A stretch of 58,581 nucleotides of DNA. It comes from Catajapyx aquilonaris (taxonomy: Eukaryota). The notes beneath the pieces were generated by a model that was not told the origin of the DNA, ran no database searches, and saw only the letters and a program-made list of their open reading frames with translations. The stretch is taken from the NCBI GenBank assembly GCA_000934665.2, contig JYFJ02002351.1:1-58581 (forward strand), given 5' to 3'. The position numbers and the translations under genes were made by a program. Numbering within the stretch: position 1 is the stretch's first letter; each line of letters opens with the position of its first letter. Positions 49,209-58,581 of the stretch are shown piece by piece.

Positions 49209-52200
49209 GCAATGGTTACGCAAGCAGTGATGTTGGTGTCGGATAGCAGACCAAGGGGTTGACCACACCTGAATTTTCGGGGATGGCCTCGATCAAAGTG
49301 TCAATTTGCTAAAACTGTCCGGTCCGGGCCCACAGTTGCCGAATGAATAAGTTAATCCCGCGTCACACTAGTAGACTGCACATCCCCGGATTACCAATTG
49401 CGTCACACATATATCCAGCAACTAATTACTGATCTCGGAGATTTTCCCCGGTTGCAGCAGCAGCATCAGGATGGAGGGATGGTCAAATAAGCTAAGGCCC
49501 CAGGAGAACCCTTGTCCACTTTCAACCCGATTTCCCCCTCCCTCTATGCCCCCATGCTCCTCCGGATGGGGCCTTAATCCGGGGCTTAGCACCGAGCGGG
49601 CGCCCCATATCCAATCTGGCTAATGCGCGGCCGCATTTCACCGCGTCCATTTCATTAGCACGATCGATGCCCCGTTCGCCAACCTCCCAAAGATGTGCTC
49701 TTTCAGGGGACCATAGAAAAGACCCCCACCATGCTGGTCACCTCACTCCCTCCACATGCTGCCCCTTCCCCATGGTAGCATCCCCCTGCATCAACTTCCA
49801 GGGTCCGAATCCAATGCCCCTCCTGGGCAATAAATGCATCATTCCCGGACACTTCCCCGACACAAACGATCATAATATTAGCGCCTCCCGACAATGAAAG
49901 TTTGATTAATTCGGTTCGAGGGGTGGTCCTGCTGGGGGAGGGAGGGGGGAGGATAACGCCCCCCTTCCATTGGACAAAGCGCCCACTTTCAGCGCAGATT
50001 TGGGAACGGAGGAGAGCAAAATGTAGCAAACTGACTGAGTGAATTACTTGCCGACTTGTCTGGTTTTCCCCATTGTTATTATGGAAAGATGCGTCAGGTT
50101 TCGGTGTTTGATAATGGGTTCGGTATTCTTGCATGATTGACATTCTCGGCATGCGGATAAAAATTGTCCGAGTCACTTATATGCATATTAGTACCGTATA
50201 TTTCTTCTGAGAAATTCCCAGGAGGTCGGTCGAAAGGTTTTACCACCCTACATTATACAGGATGTACTTCAATTACTTACCAAAATAAATCGGCTTAGAT
50301 AATAATTTTTCCACCGCATGCCTATACGATCACAGGATCGCATGAGAAGTTCAAGAGTTCTCATAGGAATCTTAAATACTCCGATTCAAAGATTAAGAAA
50401 ACATTTCAAAAATATCATTTTCAAAAGCAACAATCAAATACAGTATGTTTATCACATAAGGAAGCTCTTTTACTTCCAGCAGAAATACGGTACTGAAACT
50501 GAATTTTGCAACATATATTTTTATATGCTGTACCGTATATTTCCACCGAGTGATGCCCCTTGGACACTATACTGCGGCACGTCACTGTCACATACGAACT
50601 TCAAACGCAAATATGACTGCCAATTTTATGCTATAAACTTGGTATAGGCTATCTACAAGCGGAATAATTCTGGAAACAATATTTAAAAGCCTTTCTCAGG
50701 TGCTACATGGCACCAGTCAAACATATTCTGGTTAATTGATCGGTTATTTGCAGATAATTCACTGCATAATGTACGTAACTGTATTATTAGGGCGCCAATC
50801 ATGCGAGCGGTCCCACTATTTCCTATGGTTACAAATGGCTCTGTGCCACGCCCCATTGCCGTTGGTTATCACAACTGCTACGATCATATTAGAGTCTGGT
50901 CAGAAGCAGTAACTTGCCATTTAATATCAGTGTGAAATGTCATTTTAATGATTTAAACTGCAATCTCATTAGATGTGGCGGGCAATTGCTGAAGCGATGG
51001 AAGTGCCATAGGCTATGTTGGTGGTAAGTACATGAAGTGATCCTCTGGTTCTCCGGAAGTTCGACCTTAGAAACTGTTGATTATGCAGCGACCAGTTCAG
51101 GTACGTCAAACGGGGCAAAAGTGAGCGTCCTCCAGAGGAAGGAATCCCAGGGGAATCCCAGCTGGTGGCATCAATCTCCCCCCTTCCCCAGCATCACCTC
51201 TTCTCCCCACCGCATATCCGGGGCCATGAAGTGCCCCGCAGCCCCCGATCCGGCGGATTAGGGCCCGCCGATACATCAACCGCCCGTAAGCCCCACCCAG
51301 GCCCCTGATTTATACGGCACTCGATCATCCTTTCAATAAGAGGAGATGGGAGGGGGGCTAATCCCCGGCCACAGTCAAACGCAAAACAATTTACACTAAT
51401 AGGATCGAAAGCAAGCCACCGCTCACCGGCAGCAGCAGCAGCAGCAGGGGAGGGAGAGAGAGAGAGAGAGAGAGAGAGATGCTGGTGCATCTCTCTCATT
51501 CCTCCAGGGAAGGATCAGATGCTGGACATGTGCACCACCGGGCTTCTCCGGATTGTCCTTCTCGGACAAATGCGGTCCTAAATTGTAGGGGTGAGAAATT
51601 CCGAAAACACCAACCCAGATGGAAACGCATGGCTCGGGCCACGGCTACAAGGTAAAAGTTGACTCGATGATCGCGCGGATGCATCAGCAATCATAATTTT
51701 CTTTCAAACATGCGGAAATCTGTCTACATAATATTCATTTTAAGGAAATCACGCCTTTGGTAACGACACAGCTCAGCATATTATTTTAAATGTTTCACCA
51801 TCAGGTATAGGGCTGATGCCACATTTAGGCCAACTAGGCAGGCGCCTAGGGTGCAGACCTAAAGGAGGCGCAATGGTTACAGCTTTATATACAAATTACT
51901 AGCAGCGGAGCCCGTTCTTCACACGGCCTGTTTCCATGGTATAATCACCAACAAAATCCCGTTGCCATTGGCAAACAAAAAAACAAAGGAACTTTTTGTC
52001 TTACATACGTAGATTTTGAAAATATGTTATTTATTAATTTATAGCAGCAAACCCGTGTGTATATACTCGTAGTGTCGGGTACATATAAATGTTGAACTTG
52101 GTGTCAGTCAACGTACGCAGAAGTGATCGAAAGCGGAGGGATAATATCGAATATCTTTATGGGGAGCCTTGGGAGCCCGTTCGTAAGTACAGATCGCAGT

Positions 52201-55200
52201 AAATCACACTAAACACAATAAGTCAGTTGGCCATTATCAAAACCAGGCTACCTATTTCAGAACAAAATTTCCAGGAAATGCGAATTTATGATTTTGCGCT
52301 TTTTTTGATGGCCCATGAAAAAAATTAACATGTTCATTATATGCTCTGCCATGTCTCCTATCACATATATCCAGAGCCTGTCCAGAGCATGAAAATCACA
52401 ATGATCAACTGAAAATATATTATGATACCCTGGTTGTGAAACTGCCAAGGAAGATTTCCTATACTTTGTTCAAGCCAGGCTGATAATGCAGGTCAATACT
52501 AAAAGTTCTACAAAACGCTAATTTTAATAGCATAAGTGACGAATAATGAAAGCATAGTTACAAGAGCAATGAAAAGCCATAATTTGTCATCCAAAGTCGT
52601 CTTCATTACATTGGTTTATTTCCTATAGTTATCTAATTTATCTTTCAATCAACTGGTTTTCAGAAGTTATACTAAAGGCTGGTTCAGACACTCCGGGTGA
52701 TTTTGTTACGTCCATACAAATTTCGCATTTATTGTAAATGATAAATAGGCAGACAAATAAAATCGCACTTCTGAGGAACGATGGTATTTAGCCTGGACTA
52801 TCCAATTCCGTTGCTAACTTATTTTTCGATATTTTCGAAGATAGACTGGTTGTGATAATGACCTACTAATTTAGTACAGTAAGTACCTATTTTTCGCCGC
52901 TCCATTTTACGCCGTTTCATATAAACCCCGGTTTGAAAATGACATGTTAAAAAATTTTAAATGAAAAATTGTTAAAAATTGACGATAACAATACAATCTG
53001 ATAATAAACACATCACTGCAAACACTTCTGGGTCCAAACACACGACTGTAAAGGCTTTTTGTTTTTGTGGTGCTTTGTGGCGGGGACTATTGATAAATGC
53101 AGTACCGTATTGCTGGTCTCGGTATTCCCCGAAGTTTGTTAAATACCCTATGTGTACTGCAGTTCTTGTCAACAGAAGGGAAAAGAGGCCTCAGAACCCG
53201 ATGACCCTCAACCTGGAACCTCCCATTAAATGTGCACAATAAATGTTTCAAATGGCATTAAAAACAGCCATTTTAGTACTGTCTGAGGGAAATTTTTGGA
53301 AATCTTGGAACCAATCTCATTTACTTTTATTATAATATACGTATTGTCTCGTTTTACGCAGTTTCACTTTCCGCATCACATCCTAATGTCTTGTCATGAA
53401 TTACTACATTACCATGTATAATGTACAGGATTTGAAAATAACAGATGCACCGTTACTGAAGAAGGAGAAGAAAAAGGAGGCGAGAGAAATGAAATTTATC
53501 ACGGAAGGACTTCTTGGATAAATAGTTATTTACTGTGACCTCCACTGATAATGATATGATATACAAAATAAAAGACCAGGACATCAAGTAGCAATCATGA
53601 AGTTGATTATACAGTACCATGGCTGGTCAACTTCAAAAGTTTGGAGCTAGGATCTGAAACGCCAATACCTTGAAAGTTACAGGTACCACTAAATATCTGC
53701 AACTGCATCTAGTAGCCTACAATTCAATTGCAGACTCTGAGGTCCACCTCAGGTGAAACTAAGGTATTCAAATTTCATAGGCTCATAAGATTCTATTGTA
53801 AATCCCACTTTCGGGGCCTTCCATTGTGACCTATGATCACTACTCCACAACCACGACCAAACCGTCATCTTCTATGGTAGTGAAACTATCTTCTGAGATG
53901 TGTAACTCAGTTTTGGCAAGAAGAGGACCTTGAGCATTCTTCCCCCAAGGTCTTCAATTAGTTACAGAGCGTATCACATTAACATCTCTAACATTGTACT
54001 ACAAGTTAGTAGTCTGCTATGTTATAAATGGAACACATTTCTACTGTTTGCATTAGCTGTAACAAAATTTCCTACTATCCAACATAATTATCACCAGTAA
54101 ATTTTTTTTAGCAAATTAATGCAGAATTTATCTATCTTGCAAAAATGAGTATTAAACATGCCTTAGGGAGAATGGATCAAATCCCAGATCTATTACTCCA
54201 TGCCCTAGGGCAGATGGCGCAAATAATGTTGCAAAGGAATAAAGTGTATTTCCATATTCAACCTGAATATTATTTTACAACAGAACCAAAGTGACTGCCA
54301 AGAGTTCCATATATGCAGGATCCACACCTATGACACCAGAGTGGAATATAAAGTATCATTTCAGTCAATACACCCATAAAGCAAATAAAATGAAGATAAT
54401 TCAGATCCATTACAACGTTTCATTCATAAAACTTAATCTCCATCCAAAAAGAAAATTACACATTGTATAAGGCAGATGTGTAGTACTTATCACTATTGGC
54501 CCCTATAGTGTTCATTTGCATGCCTACTGACAAGATATTTATCACAGTGGGGTATCCATTATTTTCCCAGGTACATGTGACTGGTACATATATCACATAT
54601 AAAATTCCATAGTCACAAGCATAGTGATGGGTCAGAAGCTACGAGTTTACTGTGAAACTTGTGATGCCTCTCGAACTAAGCTACCATATTTTATGTAGCC
54701 TTATGAACATTGACAATGACACCAATAGTATACAATGTTGTTGGAGTAGAGGCATCATGGTTTTACAGTGAACTCAGCCCTCTTTCCTCAGTCCATACCT
54801 ATCATTATGTTTACAACTGTACATTAGAGAAATTCCATTTCTGCTGACAATGAAATGACCAATTTCCGCCTAAAGGTATAAACTCGCATCAGTGTGTAGC
54901 CCAGTCTTTTGTGAGGGGGTCACACTTTCACAAATGTGATTCCATATCTGTGAGGGTGAAGAGTTTGGTGTGGTACCATATCCACAAAAGTATGACACCC
55001 TCACATCGTTCATCCTGGGTCAGATTTTAAACCAGTGATGCTTATCACAGATTTCATGAGACTAAAATGTTCTTAAAGCACTTGGGGAAGACTTAATTTT
55101 TGCCACAAATGAAGCTCTATTTGGACAAGTGCATATTTTATTGCCAGAAAATAGGTAAGCTTACTATTTTCTGTGATTAAACAGTGAATTGAGGTTCTTC

Positions 55201-55298
55201 ACCAATTACCACACACATGGATAGCCTACCATGTGTACCCAATTTTTTTTGGATGCCTCGATTTTGTTTATGTGCTATTACAATTTTGGAATGAAGTA

Positions 55299-55442
55299 CC
55301 ATTGAATCCAGATATAACAGACTTCAAGGAACTGCGGAAATCAGTCTGTTATAACCAAGCTCTGTTATAGCTGAATACACAGGCCACATATGGAAGTATG
55401 CCGGGAACGGCCTTTCAAGTCTGTTATATCCGAATTCAACTG
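55299..55442. mobile_element. Short Tigger/pogo-like MITE just downstream of the SPG11 stop
   Basis: TA|CCATTGAATCCAGATATAACAGAC ... GTCTGTTATATCCGAATTCAACTG|TA. Confidence 0.7.
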
Positions 55443-55570
55443 TATAAATATTCTTGACAAGTTGTGTGTTGCAATATTTCTTGAAACTTACATACCGGTA
55501 CCTCAAATTTTCCACAACTTCGGAGTTGTTTTAGCCCCCTGGAGATTCAAGCTGAGAAGTTCCAACACAA

Positions 55571-58500
55571 CTAAAAATCCTTTGGCAAACCTTTCTTCCA
55601 CACTGTGTCTTTCAAAAGGGTTACTTCAGGCAAATCTAATATCTCCTGCACAATGTCCTTGAATCCCAGCTGACTTGCCATGCAGTATTTTATTTCCAGG
55701 TCATTTGTTTCAGACACCAGCTGTTTAAGCCTGGATTCCATTCCACGATTCAGCTTAAACTCTTTCTGATATCTGAAAGTGACATAATATGGCATGTCAG
55801 TGACACAGCTGTTATGTGACTCACTGCTCCACTGAAAGTACAGAATAAGCAGCAGGTTTACCTCTTCACAACTTCCTCCACAAGTGAACCAGTTAATGTC
55901 ATGGCCCTGTGGAAGTCTTGCAGAAAAGTCATGGAGCCATTAACGACCACTTGATGATACAAAATTGAAGCCCAGTCCACAGGATGGTTGTATGCCTTTG
56001 CCAGTATTAGGCCCTGGGCTAGGCTGCAAAATTAAGTGCTTGACATGTGAATTGATAAAAAAGTGAAAAATGAAAGAATATGAGAGGCATTAAATAAGTT
56101 ACTGACATAAACCAGTGCAGACATAGCTATGATTTTATGGGACATCACATTTCATATTTTTCATATATTTCATATTTCATCACATTTTCATATTTTCATT
56201 CCTTCAAGGATAAGTTTCCAAGTTATACAGGGTGAAGGGAAACTCACGCCCAATCGCCAGGTAGACTGATAGTACTCGCAAAACTAATATAGGGATGTGC
56301 AATTAGTTTTGGGCGCCGTAGCGTAGTTAATGAGTATGGTGCCTTTAAAGTTTGGTGACGTCACTACCGTTCCGCCAGCTTCTATGAAGCAAAAGCCAGC
56401 TCCGGGTCCCTTGCCTTGGTCCCCTAACACATCATCCATGTGCAATAGGTGATCAAATCCCGTCAGAGTAAGAATCCGGGTACAACACTGGTTCACTTTG
56501 TCGTTTTTACCTCGTATTTTACCATCTGGCCCTTCTACACTTTAAAGGTGCAGTACACATTAACTACACACCCGCGCCCAAAACTAATTGCACGTCCCTA
56601 TATTAGTTTTGCGAGTACTATCAGTCTACCTGGCGATTGGGCGTGAGTTTCCCTTCCCCCTGTATAATGCCACTCATATGTGTGAAACAAAAATTATTGA
56701 TCATTCCATAGTACCAGTCAGCCCCCTGACACAAATATGATACGGTAGTTTATTATAAAAGGCTCCGCCAGGCGGGGACTTTGGCGCTGGTGTGCCCCCA
56801 CAGCCGGCTACCGCTGCCAGCCACCCGAATCCTAATCTGCGAACGCCCTCCAAGGAAAGAATGGTGTGGGTTGGTTCCGAAGGCGCCCAACCTGAACAGA
56901 CTCCCCACTAGCCGGCTGTGGAGGCTCACCAGCGCCAAATTCCCTGCCCAGCGGAGTCTTTTATATTAAACAACCTTCAACACAGGGCTAGGCTGGATGT
57001 GTCAGGGGGGTGGTACCAGTAATAAATTGGAACTGTGCTGTGATAACAATGCAACATAAATTGTTCACAAAATACTGTGCAACACTTTTCTTAAATAACC
57101 ATCCTTACTTGAGCACATTTGACATGAGGTGTGTGATATCCTTAGGTTGAAGAGACAGGACAGAGTAAGCTGGCTTCCCATCTGGCACTAAATTGAGCAA
57201 ATACTGCTGCAATGCCAGCAGCTCTGCTTGATTTGCACAATCTATTGCTCTGCTCAACTTATCAGCTTGCATGTAGTACTCAGCAGCATGGGCGTAATTC
57301 TTCATGGCCACATTCAAACTTTCACTTGATTCCTGTGAGTTAGCAAGTGCAGGACAGCTTCCTTCTGTCTTTAATCCTTCGTTTGAAGCTAACACCTGCT
57401 TCACAACAATGACAGCTTCTGACTTCCACATTTCTGCCACCTCTTTCCCCATCATAAAGTGCTGGGCAACCAGTCTGAATAGCTCCCGGTCATCTGGGCA
57501 GCTGCGCTTCAGGTAGTCCAAGACAGCCATCTTATAAGGGGGATGTTTGTCCACTCCCTTACGCAGAAGGTATTCAAACTGTTCACACTCACGCAGGATG
57601 TCAAATATGTAGTTCAGTTCTGAATAGCGCTTGATGCCTGTCAGCAGGCGTACCTGAAAAATAACAAGATTATAGTAATGATCTGATTCCACTAAATGCA
57701 TTTAGGGTATAACGCAGTTGTACTTGCCACCAATATTTGTCATGTCATAAAATCAGTTAACTATTAATCTATCAACCAAAATAGCTTAAATTACATGATC
57801 AATGCAAAAAAAAATCCTAGATCCTTTGAAAACTAACACTCTGCCAGCAAATTGATAAAAAAACTGGTATTTCCAAATGTAAAAACCTTTTCCATCGCTT
57901 CCAACTCTGAAATCAATATTGCAGTGTTACTTATACTACACAAGTTATACTTGCCAGTAGTCCCCACTGCTGCTCCTGCTTCAGTGTCTCAGCCAAAGAC
58001 CGAGTTTTCCTCAGGACCAAGCATATCCCTTCCATGTTACAGACTTGAGTGTAACAATCATGAGAGCGTACATACAGCTCAACTGCTAATGGCAGAGTAA
58101 CACCTATAAAATTAATAGAAATATTGCTATCAAAATACGTAACCGGAACCTGTGTAATATACCTAGTATTAATCAAATTGGAAAATTTCCAACACTGTAC
58201 CATCTGTACATGATGAAGCCTTTGCCATGAGGCGATTTCCGAGTAGGCTGGGATCCTCACAAATGTTGATGAGAGAGCTGAAATGGGCATCCAATTCAGA
58301 TGACTTCTTAGGACTTTCATTCTCCTCAGCACGTCCATGCTTTTCTGAAATGACAATACCTGCTAGAGAAATACTGGTGCCTTGGTGCTCGATTGCAATA
58401 CAGAGCTGTACCTTTGGTGATAGCAGATACAATCTCACCACACAAGAATTCAGCCAGGTCACTCTGATTTATCAGCATTGAAACTACTATTCCACGTGCC

Positions 58501-58581
58501 AAATCATAACGAGAGTCTAAAGATTCATTCCTCAGGATTTTTCTCATAAGCGAAAATGGATCTAGGCACCGGACAACAGCC
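55571..58581 (-). CDS. SPG11: Spatacsin, 3' part (5' end beyond the window)
   Basis: Exons >58581-58412, ~58344-58201, 58103-57955, 57653-57109, 56023-55862, 55772-55571. Spatacsin C-terminal motifs VELYVRSHDCYT..CNMEGI, VRLLTGIKRYSELNYIFDIL...QFEYLLRK, AVLDYLKR..PDD, LILAKAY...DW. Confidence 0.9.
56228..56662. mobile_element. Tc1/mariner-type MITE in an SPG11 intron
   Basis: ~90-bp near-perfect TIR CAGGG(T/G)GAAGGGAAACTCACGCCCAATCGCCAGG...; TA flanks. Confidence 0.9.
56719..57012. mobile_element. hAT-like MITE in an SPG11 intron
   Basis: TIR CAGCCCCCTGACAC / CACCCCCCTGACAC; perfect 8-bp TSD GTACCAGT (56711-56718, 57013-57020); internal inverted repeat ~56755-56810 / ~56910-56965. Confidence 0.85.

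Noticed and set aside
51805..52700. Isolated transposon-end-like fragments (~51810, ~52675)
   Set aside because: No partner TIR or TSD could be found, so they were not called as elements.
35400..55200. Numerous 60-160 aa ORFs in the NR2E3-SPG11 interval
   Set aside because: No recognisable domains or consistent exon chains; many start at non-ATG codons or overlap simple repeats.

Overview
Eukaryotic genomic DNA from an arthropod, probably an insect (spliced genes, tRNA-derived SINEs, many MITEs). No prokaryotic systems, CRISPR arrays or rRNA were seen. Six genes could be reconstructed by hand from splice sites and reading-frame phase: SSR2/TRAP-beta (-), CDK7 (+, head-to-head with SSR2), two tandem HSD17B4/Mfe2 peroxisomal multifunctional enzyme paralogues (-), an NR2E3/PNR (Hr51) nuclear receptor (-) followed by ~20 kb of upstream DNA with no recognisable gene, and the 3' part of SPG11/spatacsin (-). 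The main find is the Mfe2 pair. Copy A (12415-21079) is canonical. Copy B (8789-11927) keeps an intact 8-exon ORF and hydratase active site but has lost three SDR dehydrogenase motifs (TGAGAGLG->TGAGAELG, NNAG->DSTE, YxxxK->CxxxK). It ends in -PNL rather than -SNL on a microexon, and shares one nearly identical exon with copy A (apparent gene conversion). It also has an in-frame acceptor that could fuse A and B into one protein. All coordinates and comparisons were read by eye.
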